Shown: positions 38,037-58,800 of the stretch, piece after piece | Layout: each line of letters begins with the position of its first letter | How positions within the stretch are numbered: the stretch's first letter is position 1 | Source of the DNA: Sphagnum compactum | Taxonomy: Eukaryota | Assembly (NCBI GenBank): GCA_965153455.1 | Contig: OZ234493.1 | Location: forward strand, 12,700,213 to 12,764,212 | DNA: 64,000 nt | Direction: 5' to 3' | Translations under genes and position numbers: made by a program | Notes under the pieces: generated by a model | What the model was told of the DNA's origin: nothing | The model's input: only the letters and a program-made list of their open reading frames with translations | Databases searched by the model: none

Positions 38037-38727
38037 TACATATAAAATAAGAGTTGCAAACAAGGCAAAACCTGCTATCACTCTGTTGAAATTCTAATGT
38101 ACAATCTCCGAATGTTGTTAATTCAGGTTTAAAAAATTCCACCAAGGCAGGAAAACAAAACCCAAGATCAACCACAATTCAAAAAAAAGAAAATTCATCA
38201 GGCACCATAGTGGTTCACATCCCAGGCAACACAGTTGTATGAAAATTTGCAGAGAAATCTCCACAACAAAATGATCTGAAGGAAACCATGACGTTGAGTG
38301 CAATCCTAAAAAACTTTATAACAGTTGGTCACAAAGTGTCAGACCATCAGCTTCATCACCAAATAGCAGTGACCATGAAGCTGCCATAACAACCCACTGA
38401 CTTCATCACCTCCTGTTGATGGGTGTAGATAAAGTATGTAGTAATCAGCAGGCCCAAAATCTGTGCAAAAACCATTGTACAAAATCTGTAATCTGCATCT
38501 GTGTTCCTCTTTGAGTTCCTGTTGCACTCCTGGAAGCAAGGAGAAGACTCAGTCAAGATGTTTGCTAGCACTCAAGAGACATAGCTAATCAAAAAATGTC
38601 AAGAGTATCCTCACCATTCAAGCTGCTCAGTTCAGTGCAGAGCACAAAATGGGTCAGCATAGTAGTTTCACCAGCCGTCTGACAACAATACAATTTTCTA
38701 ACAAAACGCTGGCTGAAAGGCCCAATT

Positions 38728-45551
<6,824 letters not shown>

Positions 45552-45639
45552 AGCTTGAAGCAAAAAGCAATTCCAATGGAAAGATCTCGTGTAAAAACAA
45601 AATGTAATGTCTCTCTTGCTCCTGAAAATCCTTCAGCAA

Positions 45640-46230
45640 CAAATGCACCCTAGTGTCTCATTCCCCAAAATGCTGATGACCCATTTCTCATTCTCAAACA
45701 CACTCATCACCCAGTTCTCTGATCTTGAAGAATGGTGCAAAAGCACATGAAAACAGAGCACATAAGTCCTTGCCCTAAAATTGCCACCAAAACACTTTAG
45801 CAGCAAATAAACCCTATTGTTTTATTTCCCAAAATGCCGATGACCCATTTCTCCTCCTCTATTGTTGAAGAATGTCCCTCCCTTCTTCCCTAAGAACTTA
45901 AAACTCTCATCACCAAGTCCTCTGCTCTTGAAGAAATGTGCAAAAAAAGCCCATGAAAACACAGCACAAAACTCCTTACCTTCAAATTGCCACCAAAATA
46001 CTTCAGCAGCAAATGCACTCTATTGTCTTATTTCCCAAAATGCTGATGACCCATTTCTCCTTCTCCCTTGTTGAAGAATGTCCCCCGTCTTCATCAAGAA
46101 CTAAACCCTCTCATCACCCACCCAGCTCTCTCTCTCATCTTAAAGAAATTGTGCAAAAAGCCCATGAAAAAAGCACAGCTCATTACTCCTGGCTCTAAAA
46201 ATTGCCACCAAAATAGTAAACAAACTTGCA
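45640..46230. repeat. Three degenerate ~170-200-bp tandem units just upstream of the RecQ start codon
   Basis: CCCAAAATGC(T/C)GATGACCCATTTCTC occurs at ~45664, 45828 and 46034, each followed by TTGAAGAA..GTGCAAAA..CATGAAAA..AATTGCCACCAAAA. Confidence 0.85.
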
Positions 46231-46490
46231 GCATTCATTCACAGCTGAAACAAATCAAATCCTTCCTGATGGTAAAGAGTGCAATGTTGGGTACAACTTC
46301 TTGCTACCAACTCTTCTTGTCTACTACAATTGTACTCCCCCTTCTCTTCACAAAACTTTTTCACACCAAGATGGATGCGACAATTTCTCTCTCCAATTTC
46401 ACACATATTGGAAAAAGATTACACCAGTCTCAATTACACTCATTTGAAAAGATTACAAAGATTACAATTATACACTAGTGTATAATTGTA

Positions 46491-46511
46491 CCCTAAACCC
46501 TAAACCCTAAA
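46491..46511. repeat. Interstitial telomeric repeat / telo-box (CCCTAAA)3
   Basis: Direct match to the plant telomere repeat, ~0.9 kb upstream of the RecQ ATG. Confidence 0.8.
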
Positions 46512-47752
46512 CGAGGGATGATGAGCATCTCATTTTACAAAGAGCCTGGCCTTTCTTTTTATTCATTATTTTCCTTCCCATGATACCTGTAGTAAAAAAA
46601 ATGAAAAAAAATTTAATTTTCTGCCAATGCTTTGAATTGAGTTTTGTTGCATTGTGGAAATTTTTACAATTTATTGAGACGTTTGGAGTTTTATTAACGT
46701 ATCGAGGTAAATTAACAATCCTTAAACCTAAACTTGATTCATGTATTTTTGCACCTATACATTACCTGATCATTGTCCTCAAACCTGTGAATGTCGAGAT
46801 TGAACATTCTGGATAGGATAATTCCCTCCCCCATTCAACATTTTGGATAAATGTACTTATTAATGTATTTTTACACTTGAATCAAAGGTTTTTTTGGAGG
46901 TTGAGAGCCGTTTTCTTTGTCTCCTCTTGGACTCGAACCATACATATTTTGTCAAAAGGAAAACAACAAAATGAAAACCTAAACCTTAGAACCTACTTGA
47001 TGGGTGTGTGGTATACTAAATGGTTCTCAAAATGGGTATTTGATATATCAAGCCTTATGGATAATGATAATTAACTCGATTAATAATTTGTTTTGGGTGT
47101 TATTGATAACAAAAAATAAGACGTAATAACTCTTTAGAAGGCACATTCGACAAGTTGCGTTGGAAATAATATGTGTATAGAAACAAATTATCGTTCGTGG
47201 AAAAGGCATTGGAGGCACATTCCACTCGGTGATGTGAGTCGAAATACAAAGGGGATTTAAAACTTGCAGGTATTTATTTCCATAGTAAGTTAACGACCCC
47301 CCTTGTATAAACCTAGCGGCCATAGTCCTTGCAACAATCCGGTGAAAATTACTTTACTGGTGGGTGGGTACTTAATTAATTACATGATCAATTTTGCTCT
47401 CATATTCAGGATTCCCATTTGGATATATATAAATATAGATATATAATTTTTTTTCAATTTTGTGGTATCAGAAACTTGGCAGATTTTTCATCAAAAAAAA
47501 AAGAAAAGAAAAATTATTTGAACTTACTTACGCTTTTTCTAAAAGATCAAACAGCTTACCCAAAAAAATTTAATTAAATTTTAAAAAAAAGGATATTGCA
47601 AGTTCCCATCACAAAAGCATACAAATTTCTAGAAATATTAAAATAATGAATATCAAAAGCAGAGAGAGAGAAAATAATTTAATTGCTAAACCTTTGGTTC
47701 AGTAGATAAGCAAATTCCAAGGAAGGCCAAAAAAAGAGACAACAAAATCTAG

Positions 47753-47826
47753 TGCTTCCACTGAGAGTTGAACTCAGGACCTCCCGCTTACTAAACGGGT
47801 GCTCTAGCCAACTGAGCTATAGAAGC
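47753..47826 (-). tRNA. tRNA-Thr (AGT)
   Basis: Sequence GCTTCTATAGCTCAGTTGGCTAGAGCACCCGTTTAGTAAGCGGGAGGTCCTGAGTTCAACTCTCAGTGGAAGCA. It has an acceptor stem, A box, anticodon arm CCCGT-TTAGTAA-GCGGG and T loop GTTCAA, with downstream oligo-T runs as a Pol III terminator. Confidence 0.96.
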
Positions 47827-47893
47827 TGCTCCACAACACTATGCAAGTCGCTAATGATTCTTTGGTTTTACCTAGACCAGCAGTGGGAGCTAC

Positions 47894-47917
47894 GGGTTTA
47901 GGGTTTAGGGTTTAGGG
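47894..47917. repeat. Telo-box GGG(TTTAGGG)3 upstream of the tRNA
   Basis: Directly visible, ~70 bp 5' of the tRNA gene. Confidence 0.8.
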
Positions 47918-48455
47918 CCATACGAGAGAGTTGTCGAAGGCTCAAGAACGCCATGCATCTCCAGAGTCACAAATTTGCACACTTGTGACACTAATGGAAT
48001 TTGGGCTATGGCTTGAAGGTGCATATATCCCTTCACTGGCTTGTAATGCCAAAGAAGTGGGTTCCAACAATAGCTGAAGATTTATCTATTTTGCAGAAAT
48101 CAAGAGATTCTTTGAGCAGAAATGCAGAACTAACCAAAACAACAACACAAATGATGAGACTTGGCCACAATGCATTTTTATGTTCTTATGCAAATCACAC
48201 ATGCCTCCTCCCAATACTCCAACTTGATCTACTGCCAGGACCCATGTAATATACTCTATCTGTGGCCAAACAAGCAATGTATGGATGTTGGTTGCTCAAA
48301 AATGCCCAACCTCTCTCTTGGAAACACCTAGCTAGTTCCCAATCAGCTGCCATTCCATTCATCCTAGACATCCTGCAATAGCACTAAAAGGAAACATTGA
48401 AAAATAATCAGGCCCCCCATCCCTCTAGAGCCAACAGTGCTAGCTGTTCTTCAAC

Positions 48456-50750
48456 TCACAAGAGATCTGCAACATTAGATGGCAGTTCCTCAATAACAGT
48501 GTTGTTATTGAACCTCTCAATATCTTGAAGCATGCGTTCATCTCCCTGGTTACAAAATTGATGGCCACACCTTTACGCCCAAATTGCCCACTATGTCCAA
48601 TATGATGCAGATAGTTCTCTGGCTGGGTTGGCAGGTCATAGTTGATGACCACAGGCACCTGCTGTACATCACTGCCACGAGCCAGTAGATAGATCTGTTG
48701 TGATCAGAACACGAGATGCGCCAGAGCGGAACAACTCCCTCATGTTAATGTCACGTGTGTTCTGATCCATGTCTACATGCGTTGCTAACACTGTGTGAAC
48801 ACAGGCTGTCCAACACAACCATAATATTAGAATTCACATATAGCAACTTGTCATCCATGCACCTTCTTGAAACAACATCATAGTTAAAAGAAAAATTTTC
48901 TGATTTCACTTTGAGCCACTGGTTGCTGCTGTGGACCTCATTCCTGCCCAACGCCATAGAATTGAAAAACAGCATTTAGAGCATGGTGATTAGGTGACAC
49001 AAATAGTGAATGCATACCCTGCATCTTATCTGTGAGCCAGTCCACTTTGCGCCTGGTATTAATAAAGATTACACTTTGGGTACATGATAGCCAAAGTTTC
49101 ATAGAGATCACATAAAGTGTCCAACTTCCACTCCTCCCAATCAACATTAACATAGAATTGCTTAATACCCTCCAGCGTCAGCTCATCTCTCTTCACAAGA
49201 ATCTTGACTGGCTTGTTCATAAAACTTCCTTGTGATCATCTCAAGTGCTTCAGGTGGCATTGTTGCAGAGAACACACCCACTTGCAACTTTGGTGGAAGA
49301 AGCTGAAAGATGTCATAAATCTGCGCCCAATGCACAACATTTCTGATCAATAAAACTGCACGTCCCCTTCTCACGCTTTCACAATTTTGTGAGCAGAAAT
49401 GCATGTGAGCGTAACCTGTCTGATGATGCTCATCCACAGGGCAACTGAGAATCATAATGCTGATAAGCAGCCTTTGATTCCACATTCACTCAATCATATC
49501 TATGAGATCGCAGAGGAATCTCCACATTTAAGGTAACACAACAATGGGTGTGGTCATACCCTTATGAGAGTTACTAAGTGTCAGATCACATTTCTCAGGA
49601 CCTGAATGTATTTCAACAAAAGTAGACTTGTCCACAATTAAAATGGGCCCAACAGTGCACCAAAATATCTTAAAACAAGACTCACTGGTAAACTCCATTG
49701 AAATGTGCACTTAAAAGTCAAACAAAGCACAAAAAATGTAAACTTCACAGATTATGATATACTTCAATCTCTTCATCCCACCAAAGAAAACAGATTTTGC
49801 AAGAAGGAAAAAAACAAGAGGCAAGGACAAAGAAAAACAGACCTGATCCTTGAAACCACGTGACAACATCTCATTAGCCTCATCTAGCACAAAGCACTTG
49901 ATGGCATCAGCATGCAAGGCATTTCTGCGCAAGATATCATACACATGTCCAGGGGTTCCCACCACAACATGTACACCACTTTGCAGTATTCTCTGGTCCT
50001 CCCTCACACTAGTTCTCCCACACAGGCATGGACCTTCACCTGGAGATAATCACCCAATGCCCGCATCACCTTCTCAATTTGCTGAGCTAGCTCACGAGTG
50101 GGTGCCAGCACCAGGGCCTGGCACTCCAAAAGGCTATAGTCCAGTTGTTGGAGAATGCCAGAGCAGAAAGTCGCAATGTTGCACGTGCCAGACTGTGCTT
50201 GCTGGATGACATCCAGACCCATTGTAAATGGCACAATACCACGTTGCTGGATGGCCGAAGGCTTCTCAAAACCTGTTTGAAGAAGTGGCCCAAACCAAAG
50301 GACAAAAATAAGAGAATGAATACATAAAAGAATCTCATGTGGACTTCATGAGTTAGAAATTTGCCAATTTCAGCATCCTGTAAAATACCAACCCACAACT
50401 AAGGACCAGAAGGTTCTCATTTATCCACAATGAGCATGTTTGGCGAAACACCACAAAACTGCAATAATCCTGCTACCAGAACAGAGGGAGTTTGAACTCA
50501 AACATACATACCACACAAGCAATCAAAGACACACAAAGCTATCAATCCAGACACGTAACCTAGTAATGTGGATCTATTCTGCACAAGTTAACAAACAATT
50601 AGGAACCTGCCATTCAATTCTTGGAGAAAAGTACAGTACCCATATGCATAGATGCCTGCCTCTAAGAAGATTCTCATGTAGCCCCATGATATCGAAAGTC
50701 TCATGGACCTCATCCCATGTGGAGATGAAATCATCACCCTCCCCATTCAA
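48456..50750 (-). pseudogene. eIF4A: eIF4A (DEAD-box helicase) pseudogene retaining introns
   Basis: Recognisable segments: [103 protein letters not shown] and NVADLL*. Frameshifts occur at LLRG (4-bp duplication), after HACVG and after ITRKF. Catalytic motifs are damaged. The first coding exon was not found. Confidence 0.9.
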
Positions 50751-51306
50751 GCTGCCATCAAGAAGCAAGAGGTACATTACTAAGCAAACCTGGAGAATCT
50801 CCAGAGATAGAATTAGGGGGTTGCAAGTTCAACAGCAAGCAAAAAAACTTATGAGAAAACACAACAGTCAGCAAATGGTTTCTCTCATCTGCATTGTTTT
50901 TTCCTTGAATGGATCATGCTTTTCTTTAGCAAATGCCCCCCATACTGAACCTGATCTGACGCCTCATTTATCCATAAGAGACTGTTTTTTTTTTTAATAA
51001 TAAGAACCCATGTAGAAGCTCTTCAAATTGCACAATTGTGCACTGCAATACAACAACTCTTCATCATCTGCTGGGCTGGCTGGCCTCACAACAAAGTCAA
51101 TTTACATGCAAACAAATGCACCTCAAGGCATGAGTAGTAAAACAGCTACGCAGAATGAATGTCAGCACATAAACCCACATGAATGAAACTCAAATTCAAT
51201 TGTTTGGTGATCTCAAATTCATCACTGAATTGAAGAGATCAAGTTAAATACACCCAAGGGGTTCAATTTCTGTGATGTAGCCAACCAAAGTGGCAATCGG
51301 CCATAA

Positions 51307-51460
51307 CACTACTGTAAAATGTGGGTGCAGTTCACTAGTCCTCATTCACTAGACTAGTGAATTCACTACTTCTTCACTGGTCCCCGTTCACTACAACCAA
51401 TGAATTCACTCAAAATTCAGTGAAATCACTTGACGTACAGGGACACCTTTTGTTGTAGTG
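51307..51460. mobile_element. Miniature CACTA element (154 bp) with 3-bp TSD
   Basis: TIRs CACTACTGTAAAATGTG and (reverse complement) CACTACAACAAAAGGTG. TAA duplicated at 51304-51306 and 51461-51463. The interior is built of TTCACT/AGTGAA subterminal repeats. Confidence 0.9.
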
Positions 51461-53559
51461 TAAGATGATTTAAAAATACATTTGGTGACAATGAAATATG
51501 AAAATAGCTCAAAACTAGAAGCATCCTTCTTTTTCTTTTTTCACTACTTACTCGAACTTAGGATGATGAGTCCATTGATTTTAAAAGATTTTTTTTTGTT
51601 TCTAAATTTGGTGGTGACTTAAAAATTCAAAACACATTAAATTTTCACCAATTTGAATTTTTTTATTTTTTTTTCGCTACTTCGCAAAATTTTGCACAAA
51701 AAAAAACACTATCCCAAATTGGTGGACTTCTATACTTCTACCCAAGGTGTTTTCAAGGCAATGGTTATTATGAACCTAGCTAGCATAGGCACCCTAATCA
51801 CAATAGGTAGGACCGAGGATGGATATTAAGCCTACTCTTTAAAAGTGAGAGGCATAAGATACATCCCTCCAACAAGATGTAATATTGAAGCTCTTTATTA
51901 GGAGGGATATATTTTTTTCAAATACACTAGGAATGTTTTTAGGGTAAAGCCCAAGGGAATTATAGGGGCTTTATTGAAATAAGGGACCTTTGATGCCAAA
52001 CTCAAAGATGTGTCTCATAATTCTTTCAGTAAGGCCTCACCGTGTTATTAAAAGAAAATTCGAGTTTTATGTTGTTGCATAAATTCAATAGTAAATGGGA
52101 AAACCTTTTTAAAAAAATTGTGCCAACTATTGAAATTTGATGACAACTTACCCCCACGTTAAAAATTATCTTTCAATTTGGTCAAACTATTGATTTTTCC
52201 AAAATAAAAAGTGGAAAATATTTATTCTAAAAATTACAATATTTGTGGCTCTTTTTTTGGTGTTGCCACTAATTTAACACCACCAATTTGGGATAGTGTT
52301 TTTTAATTGCCAAAAAAAACACACACTTGTCATAAGTGTGGAAGTTATGGGGGCCTAATGGATATGGTTTTCCATGTATGGGTCCATAATAAAATATAGG
52401 CGACACATATATATAAGTTTTTGAAATGTTTCTTCTTATATGTTTGTCTTAAGATCATGATATAAGTCACACACACATATATGTTATATTTGTTATTTCT
52501 TGAAGCATGTATTGGTTATTTATGTGAAGGATTCATGTACATGCTTTGAAACTTGCCCTTTCTTTTGAAGTACATACTTATAATGGTATCGTTCCCTCTT
52601 GCAAGATTAGTTCATTCCTTCCAAACTCATTAGCCCAAAAAATTGAATAATGGATACATTCCCATAATTGTCTTGTAATTGTAAACAAAGTTGGCACTTA
52701 TATTATGTGAAGGCAATTGTGAACTTTCTTGTCTTATTATTTTTTGTCTTTTTTTGTCTTCTTTTTTTCAATGTGAACTTTGTATCCTCTTAAATAGTAT
52801 TGTTAAGAAGATGCATTAGTTTTGTGTCCAACTACCAATAATATAAAGGTTTTATATATGCATTCCTTCTTTTGAAATTATGTTGAAAACTAAGCATGTT
52901 AGAGGTAGATGATGAAGGTTGTGATGTATGAAAAATATTTCTTTCCTAGGACCTAGTAAAGCAATAACCATCTAATGAAAATCCAATTTGGTAATTCCAT
53001 TAGGGATGAAACCAACCAAACATTTTGCCAACAAATAAGATAATATTGTCAGTGTAGTTTTGTACTTCAACATATTGTAGGGTGCCAATAGGATAATATG
53101 AGTCACATTTGCTTACTTAAGGGACTACTTTTGGGGGAATGATTTTAATATATTCTCAAAAAAATCCTCAAAAAAATCTTTTAAAATCTTGAATTTTTTT
53201 TTATACTATTATGTCAAAGTTTATGTAAAAGATTTCAAGAAATATTTCATTTTCAAAATTTTTGAAACCCATTGAATTACAAGTCCTAAAAGCCCATAGC
53301 TGAAAAGGGAAATAAAAATTTTTGTACGGGTGGACAGATTGCCACCTTTGTCCTTCACGTAGGCGATTATTTTGTTTAGTAAATTATACGATGACAGGAA
53401 ATCCTTGACTTACACTACCATTGTAACTCCAAACATATTAGTGACTACAAAAAGTCCCATTGTCACATGGCAAACACCCATAATGAGTTTATGAAATTAA
53501 TCACAAGAACAAACATGTTAGTTCAAATTTGGACATCCATAAATCTAAAGAAAATGTTG

Positions 53560-55171
53560 TTATAACACATGAATCCAAGATGGAAATTATTTACTGTTCC
53601 ATGGTCTTAACCACTAATGAAAGGATGGCATGTTGAACCATTTGCTTGCCATTTGGAAACACAACTTGGAGATTTTGACGCATGACCAAGTGCTTCAATC
53701 ACTGATTTTCTACAATAAAAATAGGCATGTAGGCTTTAGCAACAAATAATAGTAGGTTCTCCATAAATTTGTTGTGCATCATCCTTCTTATAAGGATTAC
53801 CATTCCCAAAAGAATTCTTCTAAATCAAAAGCCACATTAACATTTTTCCACCTGTGCCAAGCTGGATGTTTGCCCAAAATATGTTTCTTCATAAAAGTGG
53901 TTCCATGTTGCTGGTTGTAAGAGATCATACCTTTCCTCCTTTTGGTGGTATTATCAGCACTGTAACTTTGGCGAACTGAATGGCAAATCACACAACACAT
54001 AGTTTGAGGCATAATAGTGTATAGCTTACTACCATCGTTCACGACAAAAAAATGCTAAGGGAAAGACCGCTTGTGACGAGGGACCCATGCTTTCTAATTT
54101 AAGATGAATTGAACCTTCAAAACCTCCCATGCAATTTTTGCTTCCTCATCCAAGTCATTGGGCGTTGTAATGCTTTCAAATGCAGATGGTCCACTTGGCA
54201 TCGAAATCGAACCAACTATTGGCCCAAAATCCTCAACTAAGTTCTTCGATTCCAAATGAGAATCATCATAATCAAAACCTTCATGTATATGCACATTCAA
54301 ACCAGATGTTTCAATCTCATCTGCCGTTTGGATTTTGAGTTAATACAATGGAAAAAACAAAAAAAATCTTGAATCTAATTTACAAACTAACACTAATGAA
54401 TTATAAAAGTTTTTCTTTCATGAACTTTAAATTCACAATTTGAAATTGAAACCCTGAAACAATTCATGCCAGTATGTTTTTGCAGCACAACTTCAATGCG
54501 ATGCATCTAGTCCCATACACCTAAAGGATGATGCTAGATAAAACAAAAACAACAACAACAAACACAAACAAAACACAATAAAAGGGGGAGAAATACTTAT
54601 TTATGGGTGTGTCAATTTGATTGTTGCGAGTTGAAAGGAAAAATGATGTCATGAACCCCCAACAACACTTCAATATTCATCTTCAATGTTCATAATCGCA
54701 TTAAGGATCTCACAAATAACCATTACGGCTGTTGGAACTAATTGCCGTGTTTGGTGGCTATTGCAACCAAACATGACAACCCATCCCAACAGCAAGTAGA
54801 AAAGCATTATCCAATGCAAATATGAAAACGACACATGAGAAATGGACTTGTGATTTAAGGTTTTAGGTATATGGCAAAACGTGAAACCCTAAATGGATGA
54901 AGGTGCTTGGCTAAAGAAAAAAGATGAAAAAATTGTATGAAAAAAAGCCGATCCAAGTAAAAATGATAGGTCCCCATCAAGATATAATAAGGTATTGATT
55001 TTCTTAAAACTAATACCTTGCCAATAGGATATTTACAAGGAATCCAAAATCCTAATACCAAGTCAGGTAGGTTTTTGGTGAGGTATTTCTTGGAAATGGA
55101 ACCAACAAGGAGGTTATATGCTACCAGCACCTGATCACTGGTTGATATCCGGGTCGTCTTTCAATAACCTG
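53560..55171 (-). mobile_element. hAT transposon remnant with BED zinc finger
   Basis: The minus-strand ORF 54042-53797, MCCVICH..KGMISYNQQHGTTFMKKHILGKH, fits a BED finger (CxxC..GT..M..H...H), and degenerate coding continues downstream. A possible CAG-starting terminus lies at 55171 (CAGGTTATTGAAAG); this boundary is tentative. Confidence 0.6.
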
Positions 55172-55847
55172 CCACCACTGGAATCACATTCCTAAATGCT
55201 TTGCTTATTTTCTAAACATTTTTTAGAGTTTTTTGGGGGGGCTTATTTCTTTTCTAAATGTTTACAAATTTTACCTCCAAAGTAATGAACAAATACTGAA
55301 TTTTGAACTTGTCATGTTGAGGAGTCCAATACCCTTCCAAAGCTCATAATTATTTGTTCGCTTTTGGTCAAAATCTGGCCAAGTGTCGTTGATGTGTTCC
55401 CAGGCTGCACTAGCAAACACATCAACAACACATACCATCAAAACTAGTTGTATCCTTTTACCCATTCATCACTTTTGCATAGGTCTCCAACCTCAAAAGT
55501 CTAGGTGTCAAAGGGACCTTCTTCCCCTCAGTTCCTATAGCTACTTGTCTAACACCTACTTGTCTTACACATTCTACAAATTGGGTTTGTTTCAAAAAAA
55601 AGAATGCAATCATTTTTGCATGTATGAATCTTGTTATATTCTCATGATCTAATTTTAAACACCCTATTTATATTTAAGCAAATCAATGCATTATTTGGCC
55701 AGTTGGCCAGTCACTTTTCATATGCAGGTCTGTCCCTCGCAAGTGCAGAAATGGCAGAAATCCAGCCACAACAAATGAAGTGGGCATCAAATGAAGAGGG
55801 CATTGTTCCTAACTACACTATACAAGGCCCTCAACACTTCTTGAGAT

Positions 55848-58800
55848 TCAAGGATGTCCTTCACTTCCACTTTTGACATCGTACAGGTACCGCAGGAGAG
55901 CAGCTACAACTGCCACACTCAAGCTGTTCCCAAGCAATGCATATCTGCCACCAAAGACAGAAACTCAGATCACAAGTTCATCGCATACCTACTCATGAAA
56001 ATGAACAAACCAAACCAAAAGATACCAGCACTTCCAAACACAAATGGGCATAGAGAAAATTACCTTTGCCTTAAACTCACATAGTGAGGAAAGCTAAATT
56101 CAGCCGGGAACGAATGTAAGTTGGCTATCTGTGATTCACAAAATCAGTGAATGTAACAGTGAGAATAAATGCACATAACAATAATAATGAAGAAGAATAT
56201 CAATGCCACTTCTGGGTCATGATTTTAGAGTTTAGGGTTTATCCCAGGTTTCTCCATGAATCCTAAACCCTCCCAAACTGGAAAAAGCACATAACTTTCC
56301 TTCCTGTGATAAGAAGTTGCACAAACCCAACTACATTTCCCAATTGAAAAATGCACCAGCAGACTGGAAGTGCAATAAACAATGTCAAGAGGATCATCTT
56401 TCTGTCCTCTTCAGAGAAGTAAAATTTTGAAGCATAAGCAACTGGCTCACCTCTCGAGGGGTGAAGTACCGGAGCCCGAGGCTTGTGATGGGTACCCCTT
56501 TTGACACATCAAGGGTACCTTGTTGGGTAAGTGAACTTTCATTCTGCAGATATGCCAATAAAGATCGGATCAGATACCACATTGTACAACAGGTGCATAC
56601 CTTAAAACTGGGAGACATCAGCAGCATGCCAGCATGTGCCAGCACATGGAAGAAAATGGTCTATCTAACCTGCACTATCACTGGAGCATTCAGCTGTAGG
56701 CAAGAGCTACCTTAGTTGCTAGTAAGGAGCCAGTACCCTTTGCATATCGCCCATAACTTTTAGTAAAACAGCAACAAGACCTGGAATCACGTGTCACAAT
56801 GTCTGAACTGGAATATTAAGGCAACGAATATTTTGTGTTCTCCAAAGGAAAAAGAAAAAGAGAAAAAAACCCAAAGAGGACATCCATTCTATGAGGACAA
56901 GGACACTTTGAAAGATGGATTTGTCCTAATTATCTATTCCAGAAGGATACCAAAAACATCACCCCACCGCTCAACCACATTCACTGGTAACTTGTAATGC
57001 TCCCACTTATCATCATCAGCCTCCAAAAGTAAGGAAGCAGTTTCTCTTGCATCAAGCTGCTGCTGGAGCTCCATTTGTGACACATCAATTCCACGTCCAT
57101 CTTCCGATGCTCTTCTGAGCAAAGGAGGAGCCCCGGTGTCATGAATTGCACAGGGGTCACCCTCCAAGAAATCACTTATAGATCTACAGCAAACGGTCTG
57201 ATCTAGTACAGGCTCATTCATCTTCATCAATGGCAACTTTTTGGTAGGAATTTCTCCAGCATTAGCCACTTCCAAAAGCTTGCAATCAATGCCTGTCAAA
57301 CCATCTGAAGAATTCAAGCTACAGGTACTATGAAGATTGACGTCGTGTTGCACATCAGGCAGATGAGCGAGAAACTTAATGTGGTCAGCAAGAGGCCCAA
57401 GTTGACAAAGTAAACAACTATTCAGATCTGGCTGCCCAAAATTCAAAGGCTTCCTCTTGGCCTGCAGCAAAAAATCCATGAATCAATTACTACAGTTTAT
57501 TTGAGCATATCCTCTTCTCAACCCTAAACCCTAAATCTTTTGCATTTGAAAATCTTCCTGGACAGCAACTGCAGTGCACTATTCATCATAGATGCACAGA
57601 AATGTGTACTGTTTACACCTCTTCAACTGACATCACAAGCAAGGCTTGTACAAAAACCAATGCCTACCAGGCAAAAGTAGCGTGGTCGTGAATAAGGAAT
57701 GCCCAACTGGAGTGGAGTCAGGATAAACTCCTGACTGATAAAACCCGCATCTTCAAGCACATCAATCAGTTGGCTGTGAGTGACTGAATTCTGCCTCCCA
57801 ACCAATAACTTATTCATTAACATGCAAAGAAAACCCCCCTGCCCCTGACTGATGAAAACCATTGTAGAAATCCTGGTTTAGGTTTAGGGTTTAGACAAGG
57901 AAATCCAGAAAAAGCAGGATACTACATCTGCCACCAATCTTTGAGAATTAACAACCAAAGATAGGAGGCCAAATGACCGTAACAGACTTGGTGGATGCAC
58001 ATGATGAGGTTTGGTTCAGCTCACCTCAAATCCAACCACATTCTCAACCAATATGTAATTTGGTGGTGAAACCATTTGTGAGAGCATTTCCAACATCTGA
58101 AGGAAAGACTGTGCACGAGAATCATCAACATCCTTGCGCAGACCTGCAGCCTTCACAAGTTCGAATCAGGAAATCTTCAGCATACACAAAAATACTGAGC
58201 TTCTTGACCTACTTTGTAATTTCAGGACATCAATTTCTCATTCCAAAGCACAGCAAAAAATTATTCGAAAATGATCAGTCTCATGAAAATTCAGAAATCT
58301 CCATACTCAAGATTAAACAAAACCAGAACAGGCAAAAAATTTCACAAATGTTCGAAAAATTTCAAACTAGTACAGAAAGTCTGGAGCAAAATGCCCCAAA
58401 CCTATGGACTAAGAATGTTCTCTGGAGCACAGTAGGCCAAGTGTTGGACTTCAAAAAACAAGCTTCAAGAAATCAAACTTGTGTATGAGAAGTGGTAAAA
58501 GTCTGAAATGGACTGCGCAATTGGTGCCCAAAGGGGATACCAAGAAATTCTGGTCTGTGAGCAGCACAGTGACCAAAAGAAAAGAAGAGATTCTCTATCA
58601 AAAAGTCTAACTAAGGAGTATCAAAAACTCTACCCCAAGACTCCTTGATTGGACTTTTTGAAGGATAAGCTGCTCCTTTGATTTGATCATTGTTCTTGGT
58701 ATCATCCTCTGGGCACTACTTCTGCAGGTCTACTTAGCAAACTTCTAGCTCATTTCACCTACAAGTTTGATTTCTTGAAGCTTCTACAGTCTTGAAACTA

